64,000 nucleotides of DNA from the human T2T-CHM13v2.0 reference genome, Homo sapiens. A program made the position numbers and the translations under genes. A model generated the notes under the pieces. The model searched no databases, was not told where the DNA came from, and was given only the letters and a program-made list of their open reading frames with translations. The stretch lies in assembly GCF_009914755.1 (NCBI RefSeq), contig NC_060940.1; one strand, given 5' to 3'. Each line of letters opens with the position of its first letter. Position 1 is the first letter of the stretch. Of the stretch, positions 1 through 11,779 are shown one piece after another.

Positions 1-769
1 ACCTCCTTTTCTCTCTTTTTCTAGCTTTTAATATCCATCGTGATAAGAGAGAACAGCAGCTTTCCCCAATCCACTCATTGCCCCCACCAGAGCTATGTTC
101 ACATTTCTCCTGAACTTTGCAGACTGAATTTTATCTCCTCCCAGGACATACGACCATATTCCCATCATTGTACTGGTATTACCAGGGGTGAGAGACAAAT
201 TATTTAGCAACATAAGTGCTGAGTGGGAGCCTAGGATCACTGAATTCCTGTCCCAGTTCCAACTCCTGTCAGTATTGTCAAATAACTCTTTTTAAATAAC
301 ATATGTGTTCAGGGTGCTTTGATCACACACTGCAAAAAGAAGTCAAAGAAATGGGCTCGGTGTGTTCTGGTTCCAAGGAAGAAAGCATCTTGTGCTTGAT
401 TTTTATTGCCAGGTAGGAGGCAGTGTCCAAGGTGACTGGCAGCATTCCTTCCACACTGCTGGGCACGGCAGGGCAAATTAAAGACAGCTCAGTTTGCAGA
501 AAGAAAGGAATCCATTTCTTTTTTATTTGATATTTTTGTTATCTGATACTGATCTGGAAAACTTACAGATTATATACCCTTAGAAACCAAAAAATTCCAC
601 TTGCAGGAATAAATCCTTAAAAACAATCATGGATATAAACAAAGACACAGCTACAAAGATGTCCATTAAAGTGCTGGAATGATACCAGATCAAGTGGGTA
701 AATTTGATGTAAGATAATGAAGCACTGGTTGAACAGAAATGGGAATCATGAACATTACATTTATTGGGT

Positions 770-960
770 ACCTGTCAAACTTTGCATATGCATCATATAA
801 TTTAACACTCATAACTACCAGAAGGGTCATTAGCATTATAAGCATCATTCCCACTATATAGATGATGAAACTGAGGCTTAGAAAGGTTAAGTAACTCGCC
901 CCAGATCACATAGCTGAAAGATAGCCTGGACTTCAGGGTCTTTGGAGGTTTGAATCCCCT
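770..960 (-). mobile_element. MIR SINE fragment
   Basis: MIR core cccactatatagatgatgaaactgaggcttagaaaggttaagtaactcgccccagatcacatagct. Confidence 0.75.
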
Positions 961-2720
961 GGTGCTAACCAATATGCACACTGCCTCCCAGGAATCCAGG
1001 GAATATTAGGGAATAATAAGCAGCCAGTAAAGTGGTATTAAATGGAATACTTAACATCATTTTCAAATGTCTGAAATGTTTTAAGGTGAAAAACAAAGTG
1101 GTAAAATGTAACATATACAATAATCCCACTTTTGTAATAAAAAAGCAAAAGAAAAATACATACTTATTAGGGAAAAAATACAGACTTAGACATACCAAAA
1201 TATTGACTGTGGTTTCCCTGGTTGGAAGGATTAGAATGGATTTTTGCCCTCATCTTTGTGCTTAATATTTTCTAAATTTTATTAGTGCACAATGTATTTC
1301 TTTTTAAACCAGAAAACAAGTCATTTAAGAAATTAAATGTTAATTAATTCTCAGGCTGAGGCACTAAGATTTTGACCTGGTTGCCTTTGCCTAACATGCC
1401 TGCATTGGCATGAGCCTGTGGATGCCACCCCTGGAAGAGTGCACAGGTGGAATGTGGGGTGACACAATGTGGTCTGGTCTGCAGAAGGTGGAGGCAATGG
1501 ATTAGATATACACATAGCAACATGAATGGATCTTAAGCACACAACCTCGTGAGAAAAAGGAGAAAATGGAATACAAAATATGACTTCTCTCTGTCTCTCC
1601 CCCAAGACAATATACATTTTGAAAGAACAGATTCATGTAAAAAGATAGACACAGTAACATATTAGAATGGTATCTTTGGGGGAATTAACAGGAGTGGGGT
1701 GTGGGGATGTAAGAGAATAAATAAAATGCTTTGTGTGGACTGAGGATGAAGATGATAGTGCTCCATGGACTGAGGAGTATGAGAAATGCAATCCCTGTAC
1801 CAGAAAACAAAGAGAACAAAACAAATTCGAAAACGCTGGTCTTCTCCCATGCTGTTGAAACTCCAAAACAGCCAGTAGAAGGCAAAGGGAGGAGAGAGGG
1901 TACTGGATTCTTCCTCTGATGGAGAATTGGAGCCAGGACTGAGAGTCTAAGGAGGAGGTGTATAGCCACAACTTCATGTGGCCTGGCTCCAACAAGGACT
2001 TCCATAGATCTCAGTCCTAGTGTTTTGCCATCTCGTCCTGTTGATAGTCATGGTTTCTTGCACTCAGAGGTGGTTCTCTTTTATAGATGAGGAGACCTTT
2101 CATCAGACAGCATAACAGCAGGCCAGCCCTCTCTTCAGTAAAACCATGGGCTTAACCCATTTTACAAATGGTCTAGTAGCTACCAACACCTTTAACAGTC
2201 AATGGGGAAGATGTGTGTCTCCAGTGCAGCAGGGTTGAACGAGTAATAGTCCCTCATCTTCAGGTACTCAAGGCCTGTAATCTGCTCCCTTCAGCACCCA
2301 CAAGAGGTGCCAACTGAATGCTGAGGAGATTAAAAACTAAGAGCCATGGTCTTGAGAGCTAGAGGAAATACTCCCATGTCCACACTTGGCCTGGAACAAA
2401 TGGAGCCATCCACCTTCAAATGGAAAATGGATCATGTGACTCTAAACAGTTAGCAACTCTGTGATCAATGTTACAAATGAAGAACTAGAGATCCTCTCCC
2501 TGTTTGGCAGTACCACGTAAATCTTCGGATTTTTGTATAAACCCTAGGGAAGGAAAGGGGCCTCTAAACATAACTGAGATTAAGTTTATTATGACACAGG
2601 TGGTAGGCTCAAAGCCCAATTAAAACTGATTTATCTAAGGAAACATGTCATTTCCTCCATCTGCATATTATAGAATAAATCCATGCTGACCACTCTGAGG
2701 GGCTCCTTTGAGAATTGTAG

Positions 2721-3900
2721 GAGCTCTTGTACAGAGCAAATCTAGAATTAGAGCTGGCTGCTATTGAGAAAACGGCTGTGACCTTGCTGGGGAAATGGGG
2801 AGCAAAAATCCTTAAAGCCCATGCCAAGTCTCTGAATACAGTGAACGTGATAAGAATGAGTATGAAAGAATCTTGCAGAATGTTTTAAAATCCCTCAGGA
2901 CAAGGTTGAGGAAGCAAGGAGGGATGAATGCAGCCTCCATCTCTGAAGAGATTAATTTCTCTGCAAGTCTCAGGAAAACATCAAAAGAAAGAAATAAAGG
3001 TGACCTTTTAAAGGTCCCTATACATCTGATTATCAAGTTAAAAAAAAAAATTTAAAGTACAGAACTTCTTCCCACGGGGAGGAACGTCATTGCCCAAGTG
3101 TGTAGCATGGGAACAACCCTCTGTCCCCAAACCTGGACATGTGTCCTAAGGTTTTTAGCAATACTTTGAGGTAGGTGTGGAGGAAGGCCAAACAGTAAAC
3201 TGCTGGAAACGAATTGGTATTCCTGGGGCTGAAATTCCTCCACTGCAAGAAGAGATATCCAAGTCTTTGCTCATCAAGATACAAGAGGACAAGAAACCAT
3301 GATGGCTAGAATGGGACTTGAGTGTATCTGTTGAAGCTATTAGCATTATTGAAGCGATCTTAGAGCAACTTTCAGCCCCTGGAGATGAATGCCACAGGAC
3401 ATGCTTTAAGCTATGTTAAAATGCTAGAAAAACAGTGGACAGGCTCTTCAGTCTGACCTGAAAGTTTACCAGAAGTTAAATCTTTTAACTATAGAGGTTG
3501 CTGAAGGAGGGGGAACAAAGGAAGAAGGTGCACCCCATTATGAGCAAGAGAGTGAGACATCAAGAGAATAACGCCTGATTCAGCTCTGCAGGCCTTGCTG
3601 GGGTGCTCAAAAGAGGATTCACCCCATTCGCTAAAGATCTCGCTGCTGCTTTTCAGGGATGGGCGGGTCTCTGCCCATAAGCAAGCTACCAAAGAACATT
3701 CTGCTTTCTTGACCCCTGATGTGTGGCCTGGGACACGATCTGAGAATTTGTGACATGGAGGAGGAGGGGCCTACACTCACAGAAAGAGCACCACTGCCCT
3801 GTCCAGAAAGCAGGAGTTAAATGTTTAGTAAAGGGCAAACTTGTCTGTACTTGCCTTCCTTTCCAAGAGGTTGGGCATTTCATGACAGTTACTTCAAGGA
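2721..3900 (+). pseudogene. Decayed Mab-21/cGAS-like receptor (cGLR) family nucleotidyltransferase-fold pseudogene, antisense in HYDIN intron 8
   Basis: Manual three-frame translation gives, in order: LKAHAKSL/EYSERDKNEYERILQNVLKSLRTRLR, INFSAS/QENIK, GDLLKVPI, PGHV..F..YFE.GVEE, SVSVEAISIIEA, EVAEGG/QRKKVHPIM, GFT/HSLKISLLLF, RGLHSQKEHH..GVN.F; multiple stops and frameshifts. Confidence 0.65.
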
Positions 3901-5612
3901 CAAGAATTCACGGCTTATAATAGGAAAGTTGTTTGCTTTCTTATTATTATGCTTGGGCTGTATCGAGGAACAATGGAGAGAAGAGCAAGAAGTGCCACCC
4001 TGGTGCAACAAGAGATCAGCATGACTGGTATCCTTTTTCCCTCTTGGCCAAGCTCCTGGCACTCAGGAGAGAGGTGGGAGGAAGAGAAGGGAAAGCACGT
4101 CGTAGACTCTTTACCGAGATAAAACAATAGTTTGGAGAAACAGGAGTTCTGGCCCTGTATGTCACACAGAGTGAAAGTGGTGGTATTCTTATTTATCTGA
4201 AGCCACTTTTCAAGTCTATTAGTTAAAAGAGGGTCATGATTCTAGATGATAAAATCAGGTTTCCAATCATGGTTATAAAAATGCTATCCTATATTTTTCC
4301 CCTTGTTACAAAGAAGTTGCCAGAAGAAATAATAGAAAGAGCAAGGGAGATAGTAAAAGAAAATGATGCAAGAGAAAGGGAAGAATAAAAGACAATATTA
4401 AAGAGATAGGGGTGTGAGTGTCAGGGGAGGTGAAGTGGGGAAAAAACTAAAATCAATGCCCATCCACTGTGGCTGAATTATATTCTCTATAGTTTAGCAT
4501 CTCTGATAACCATTGGTTTAAATTTTTTTAGAGTTTAACTGCTGAAATTAACGTCCTTACATAGTTTTTGGTATTGGCATGGCATCAATCACATATTATC
4601 CATATAGCCAAACACACAGACATGGCTGAAATTAAAGCTGGCTTTCCCTCTTACAATGGGTACTCACTCTCCACAAAGGGTTATGCCCACAGGACAAGAA
4701 TGATACTGAAACACTACTTTGCTATTTTACTTTCTTTACTTGGATCTCCTTTCCAACTTTCCCTTCAAGCATGTTGGGCCATTTTGATCGCTGGTGAGCA
4801 CATGTGAGTCGGGGAACCAGGGCAAAGGAAGCAGTACTGGATCCTTTTCCTTGTACCTTTTAAAACCACAGATATTTCTATGCCATAAAGCCAGAGGAAG
4901 ATTTTAGGCATAAGTGGTTTTTCTTTCCTCATTTTTTAAAAGATGGCACAGTGGCAATTCAGTGATTAAAGCTCATTGTCTGAATGACAAAGCTTCTGGC
5001 CCACTGTGTCCTGTCATTGTCGTGGCTTCTGATTCAATTAGGGACTGCACACTGGGGGGGTTCTTCCTGGTTTCCACGGACCTAAGACTTTTATTTTTAT
5101 CACATACGAACTTGGTTTTAAACAAAGTTTGAAGCTTCCCAGGGCTAATCTTTAATGAAAATGGAAAGGCAAATAAAAAAGGCTGAAATAAATTCCAATG
5201 AAAGCAGCAAAAGTGTTAATTCAGGGAGGTTGGAAGGAGATAAAAATGAAAATGGAGCTTAAAAGAGGCAAGCATGGATTCAGTAAAAAGAAATCTTCAA
5301 AATTTAACAGTGATGAGATTAGCTACAACAGTTTGGTTTTACATTTTATTAATTTTCTCCACTGCCTGAAGTGCCATTTTTAAAACCATAATATTAAAGA
5401 TACCAATAAGAAATCATTATTAACTTATATAGCTTGCAGGGACTGGAGCAATGCTACTAAAACCAAGAATATAAAAGCCATTATATCTAAGCCCTTCTTT
5501 TTCCTCAATCTTCATATTTTCTACAAGTATCTTTTCACTGAAAAAAATTCCACATTGATGCCAATCCAAAATAGATTATTTTTAGGAACGCTTTATAAAA
5601 GCTGATCAACCT

Positions 5613-5930
<318 letters not shown>

Positions 5931-6280
5931 CCTGATCAACCTAGTTAGGGTTATGAAAAGTAATAGAGACAGGTAGACTTGTTTTGAAAGAATAGTGAAG
6001 AATGATAGGTTTTGTCTTCAAAATCTAGGCATTCCACTACTGCTAAACTATAACCAGGTTACATCAACTCAGGATGGACATTCTGTTCCACATAGCTCAG
6101 CTCAGATCGTTCAAATGAGCAGCTTCAAAAGAGGATCTTAAACCAGAACCAAGTTAGAAAAATGTGACATTGGTTGAGTTGGCTAAAAATGTAGTACAAA
6201 ATTCACTAATTTTTCATAATAACTGAGTTTTACATTCCCCCCCTCCAAATTACTGCATATAGGTGATTTTTGTTACAGAC

Positions 6281-6482
6281 CTATATTTTTCTCTGTCCTC
6301 TTCTTGCTGGGTAGCAAATACCTTCCACAGGAAATGGGCAATGATATTACTGCGATTGTGAATGGTTATAGTTCGCTGATTGGCCAGAGATATGTAGGTT
6401 TTCTCGATGGTCAAGGAATTCTTATCCAGCCTTATATTCATGTCTATGGCAGCTCCATAGAGAGATACAAACACCTTTTCAC
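6281..6482 (-). CDS. HYDIN: HYDIN exon 8: (G)EKVFVSLYGAAIDMNIRLDKNSLTIEKTYISLANQRTITIHNRSNIIAHFLWKVFATQQEEDREKY(R)
   Basis: Acceptor ttaattcctag|GTG, donor TAG|gtctgt; 202 nt, phase 1/2. Confidence 0.96.
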
Positions 6483-7016
6483 CTAGGAATTAACAAAGTA
6501 CAAACACACTTCAAGATTTATTCTAAAATTACACACCTAGGCTATCTTTTTTTCAAGCTGAAGTTAGGCAAAATAGCATAAGCATCAGGATTTCATTCTT
6601 TCCACTGTACCCCCATCAGTTCAGAGATAAGATATGATCAGAAAACAAATATTATGCTTGGTGCAGTTATAGAAAAATCAAGCTATCTTGCCTGGTCATT
6701 GTAAGAAATATATAAAATATGTATTGTTGTTGTGGGCACTCCAAAACTTTTTCTTTTTTGTAAATAGCTTTCAATCCTACAGCCTGACCAGGAGAGCAAT
6801 CGAGTTATAGAATTTTACTCTATGCCTCATCTTTAGCTCATGCATGAGCTTGATTTGTCATTCTTAAAAATGCTTGTACCAACTATACTTAAGAAGAGCT
6901 GCTCAATATGAGAGAATTTAAGTCCATTTGAGAACAGTGATCAGGAGGGAAAATTCAGTAACTTCAAAAATAGAAAACTGACTACTTAAAAGAAACCACA
7001 TCCCTAAACAGCAATT

Positions 7017-7080
7017 AAAACAAAACAAAACAAAACAAAACAAAAGAAACACACACACACATACACACACACACACACAC
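7017..7080. repeat. (CAAAA)n followed by (CA)n microsatellite
   Basis: Direct reading. Confidence 0.9.
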
Positions 7081-7931
7081 CCCTGACATGTCTGGATAGT
7101 GGCCACATAAAAAGAAGACAAAAATTGTATTAAAAATTTAAAAATTTTAAATATTAGGAATATCTTTATTCAGTATAGCAATTTAAGCCCCTGACTTTAT
7201 TCAGGATGCACCAATTACCTTGATTCTTAGTATATAAGTGAGTTTTCAAGAAGACACAAACCTATAAACTATATTTGATTTGATCTCTGCAATGTCACAG
7301 CAGGTGCATTACTCTGACATCATATAGAAAAAATAAATATCGAAATACCATGAATGTTTTGTTGATTTATGTTGCTAAAGTTTTAAAGCATCATTACTTG
7401 TATCTTATTTTTTAGCAAACATTTCTGCTCCATTCACTGTTGTATGAACCAGTCATTCAGGAAATCAACAACCCTTTATACATTTTAAATGTTCTTTAGG
7501 CTCAATAACTTTGGATGCAGAAAAAACTTTCCCCAAAGAAAGAAAAAGTAAGCATCTAGGCATTTGACTTTAAAATTTTTATTTCAAAAACTTATATAGA
7601 GAGTCAAAATTTCAAGTACTATAAAAGCAAATACAATGAAACTAAAAAATATATTTCTCCCCTTCACCTAACTCCAAGTCTGATTTTTAGAGGTAAGAAC
7701 TGTCAATATTTTCATGCACATCCTTTCCAAAAAAAAGGTATGCACTCTTGTCAACTTTTAAACTTTCTTTGAGTGAAATGTAACAATCTGATAAGTGAAA
7801 ACTCATTGTTACTTTAATTGGAATATCCTTAATTATGGATGGTGTTGAACACCTTTTCATAAATTAATTGGCTTAAACCAAAGAGAAAACCCCTCCTCCA
7901 AATAAGTTAATACTCAAAGAACTATGCCTTC

Positions 7932-8247
7932 TGCTGGTTGTGGTGGCTCATGCATGTAATCCCAGCACTTCGGGAGGCCGAGGCAGGCAGATCACCCGAG
8001 GTCGGGAGTTCAAGACCAGCCTCATCCACATGGAGAAACCCCATCTCTACTAAAAAATACAAAATTAGCTGGGCATGGTGGCGCATGCCTGTAGTCCCAG
8101 CTACTCAGGCAGCTGAGGCAGGAGAATCACTTGAACCCGGGAGGCGGAGGTTGTGGTGAGCCAAGATCGTCCCATTGCACTCTACCCTGGGCAACAAGAG
8201 CAAAACTCTGTCTCAAATAAAGAAGAAAAAAAAAAAAAAAAAAAAAA
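7932..8247 (+). mobile_element. Alu (AluSp/Sq-like)
   Basis: Full dimer, A tail, TSD aagaactatgc on both sides. Confidence 0.95.
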
Positions 8248-8479
8248 GAACTATGCTTTCAAGATGAGGGTGAACTGGAAGTAGATTAGCCTTAGTACAG
8301 AGTTGAATACCATGCTGGAATTGCCTATGTCTTGCAAATAACTTCAAACCTTGAATTTGATAATTATTGACTGGTTAGACACTTGGTGAAAGAAACTCAA
8401 TTTTTTGGGGGGGGAAAGGTACTTGCATCCAAAGTTTCAAAATTTTCAATGTTGTTTAAAAAGCACATAACCAAAACAT

Positions 8480-9265
8480 AATGATGCAATGCAAGGAAAT
8501 AAAACTCCATGTGTTGGAACCAGCAGGTACAAGAAAAATGGAAATAGGCCCACAAAAATATCAGACACTAGGAATCATCAGATAGAAACTATGAACCAAT
8601 TATACATACTATGTTTAAAGAAACAAATGGATTGCTGAAGCCATATGTAGGAAATAGAAAATCAATAAGATCTTTAAAAATTTTGAAAAAAGCCACACTC
8701 TAGGACCTACAGAAATAAAATAGTCTAAATTAGAAAAAATTCAAAATAAATATTTAATAAAATAATTTTATTATTTTTCATGACAAATTAGTGAAATGGG
8801 AGGTAGTTCAGAAAACACAAAAGGCAATATGAAGAAATAAAAATATATGAAAAATACAGTGGATAAGATACAAGGAAGATAAAGTTAGAAGGTCTAAAAG
8901 TATTGAATTGGAAACTCTCAGAAGGAGAGGAAAGAGATAATGAAGCAAAGACAGTATTTCAAAAGATGATGGCTAAGAATTTTGTTTGGAATTAAAGACA
9001 TCAGTTCACAGTTCAAAAGGCCAGTGAAAGTCAAATTGGATAAATTTTTTAAAAATCAGACCTGAATATATTGCAGTGAAACTGAAGAAAACCAAAGACA
9101 AAGAAAAAATCCTGAAAGCAGCCTGAGGAAAAAAACATTATTTTTAAAGTTTCCACACTTGGAATTACACCTAACTTTTGAACTGAAACAATGGAAACTA
9201 AAAAATAATGGAATGATATCTTCAATATGACAAAGGTGAAAACAATGCCATTCAAGAGTTCTACA
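8480..9265 (+). mobile_element. Old L1 (L1M) ORF1-region fragment
   Basis: A-rich L1 ORF1-like sequence (gacctgaatatattgcagtgaaactgaagaaaaccaaagacaaag); boundaries approximate. Confidence 0.7.
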
Positions 9266-9269
9266 CAAA

Positions 9270-9890
9270 TTTTCCAGCTTTTTTTGTCTGCAAATATCTT
9301 TCTTTTGTCTTCACTTTTAAAGAATACTTTAAAAGTGGTATAAATTTGCATTGTTTTCTTTCAGTGCTTCAACAGTGCCATTTGACTGTCTTCCAGCTTC
9401 CATAATTTCAGCAGAAAATTTTGCCATCAGTATTCTTAGTGTTCCTGTTAAGGTAATGTATCTTTTTTCTCTGGGTACTTTTATAATGTGCTCTTTGCTT
9501 TAGATTTCAGCCATTTAACCATAATATGCCTAAGTTTGGTTTTCTTTGTACTTGTACCACCACAGGCTTGCTCAGTGTTTATAAACCTCTGGATTAAGGT
9601 CATGTATCATTTCTGGAAAATTCTCAGCCATTATTGCTTAAAATATTTTCTACTCCATTCTTCCTCCTCCACTTTTGAGACTCCAGTTACATGTATGTTG
9701 ACCTTCTGACTGTGTCCCACTTGGCTGTTCTATTTTTTCCCCATTCTTTTCTATTTCTCTCTGTGCTTCCGTTTGGGTATTTTCTATTGACCTGTCTTCA
9801 GGTTCACTAATCCTATCTTTTGCAGTATCCATTTTGCTGCTAAAGTCATACCATTAGTTCTTAATTTCCAACACTGTATTTTTCAGTATA
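9270..9890 (-). mobile_element. Old L1 (L1ME-like) ORF1 fragment, opposite orientation
   Basis: Minus-strand peptide DTAKDRISEPEDRSIENTQTEAQRE is typical L1 ORF1 coiled coil. Confidence 0.8.
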
Positions 9891-9894
9891 ACAT

Positions 9895-11475
9895 TGTTAT
9901 TAAAATCTGATAAAGATATAACAACGATATAGGCCAATCTATAGGCCAATTGCACTTCTGAATAACAATGTAAAATTTCTGAATAAAAATAGCTAATCAT
10001 TATATATCAGCACATTAAAGGAATGATACTTCATAACCAAGTGGAATTTATTCCAGAAATGCAATAATGTCCCACTACTAGAAATCTGTTTATGTAGCAA
10101 TAGATCTAAGGAAAAAAAATGGTATGATCCTCACTGATGCTGAAAAAGAATTTGACAAAACTCAAAACGCATTTTAAAAACATCTATAAAATAGAAATTG
10201 ATAGAATTAAAATATAGTAAAGTCTCGGTAATTAAAATATTAATAGCATGGTAGCAGTGCATGAAGAGACAGATCAGTGGAATAGAATGAAGTCAAAACA
10301 GACCCAAATGCACACTGGAATTTAGTATATTATAAAGGCAGTATCTCAAATCATTGGTATAAAGACATATTTGTAAAAAAAAAAAAAGTATTGTTAGGAC
10401 AACTTCATAGCCATATGAAAAAACATATCTCATATCTTATATCAGAATAAATGTCAAGTGAGTCAAATATTTAAATGTTCAATATGAAGCCATATATATA
10501 AAACAATATAAATGAGAATTTCTTCATAACTTTAGAGAGGGAAAAGTTTCCTATGACTCAAAATCCAGATCCCTCTAAAAAACTAAGAAATTTGATTACC
10601 TAAAAATGAAAAAGAAACTCATTCAAAAGAAATAAATACATGACCCATCCAAAAACTTGACTGTAAAAGGGATACAGGACCTCTAAGAAACATGTACAGC
10701 TGCAAGATAGCACTAGTAATAAAAGAAATATAAAATATCATTTCATGACCATCAAATTAACAAACAAAAATCAAACAGTTTTATAATATCGTTTCAGCAA
10801 TATATTGGCAAGAATATGGAAAAAGAATTTTTGTATACTTCTGATGAAAGTATAAATTGCCACAACTTGACAAGCCAATTTAGTATCCAGTAAAGCTCAG
10901 GATAATTTTGCCCTACACCCCAGCAATTGCACTTGTAGGTATTTATCCTAAAGGAAAATCTCACACAGCTGCCCAAGAAGACACTGTACGAAGCTGCTCA
11001 ATGCAACACTGTTTTTAGAAGCAAAGAAGTAAATATTCAATTTTCACATACTGGAATGTGGCACATTCATTAAAATGAATCAGAGTAATGTGTATCTACG
11101 TGTTTAAATATTTAAAACAACATTGAATGAAAAAAGCAAGTTGGAGAATTTTATGTACAGTATGATACCATTTATGTGAACTTTAAAACTGCTCAAGACA
11201 ATACTATATATTGTTTATGGATAAGTAAATATGTAGGAATAGCATTAAAATGCACCCAGTAAAGCTCCTCTGAGGAGCAAGATATGGGAATTAGATCAGA
11301 AAAGGGTAACAAAGTGGCTTCAGGTCTGTAATCGGTTTGATTATCCAAAAAAAATAAAACCTCTAGAAAGAAATGTGTACGGCAAAAGGTTGAGATGTGT
11401 TACATATAACAGGTGTTGATTATATTATTCTCTGTGTTTTTGTGGTTATCTGAAATATGTCATTGTTTAAAAAAA
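9895..11475 (+). mobile_element. Fragmented L1M ORF2/3'UTR
   Basis: L1 ORF2-like motifs (gatgctgaaaaagaatttgacaaaactcaa; cccagcaattgcacttgtaggtatttatcc); approximate. Confidence 0.7.
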
Positions 11476-11779
11476 TAATCAAAGGGAATAAGAGATCCAA
11501 GGGCTTATTTCACGCAACCTAGGGGTCAGAGAGACTAATGTCATTAATTTGAGCTGCTCACTGCAAAAGTCTTCCTTCCCAGAAATATAGCAAAAGCTAT
11601 TTTTTTTCAAGAACCATCCAATATTGATTTTTTTCACCACTATCTTCCAAAACTCATCAGCTCCACAAAGTGAAGGAAGCAATAACTCTTCTCTTATCCC
11701 CAAAGCTGTTGAAGTATTTGGTTTTTATAATACCTACTTTTATAGAGACAACCTGAAAAAGGTTCCCCAACCCTTAGCT

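Noticed and set aside
3303-3418. Alternative register reading WDLSVSVEAISIIEAILEQLSAPGDECHRTCF as the Mab-21 WxLSF...CRxxC motif
   Set aside because: Tempting (resembles LLEQLDEDGGCRRKCF), but it leaves no room for the third catalytic strand and puts the SH/SY-LK helix too far away; the 3494-3542 register gives better spacing. An HMM alignment is needed to settle it
2811-3830. Interpretation as a processed pseudogene of CGAS itself
   Set aside because: No Zn-ribbon insertion, similarity only at fold-motif level, no poly(A) tail or TSD seen; fits a distinct Mab-21/cGLR lineage better
9650-9832. ORF with L1 ORF1p similarity
   Set aside because: Short fragment of a decayed L1, not a gene
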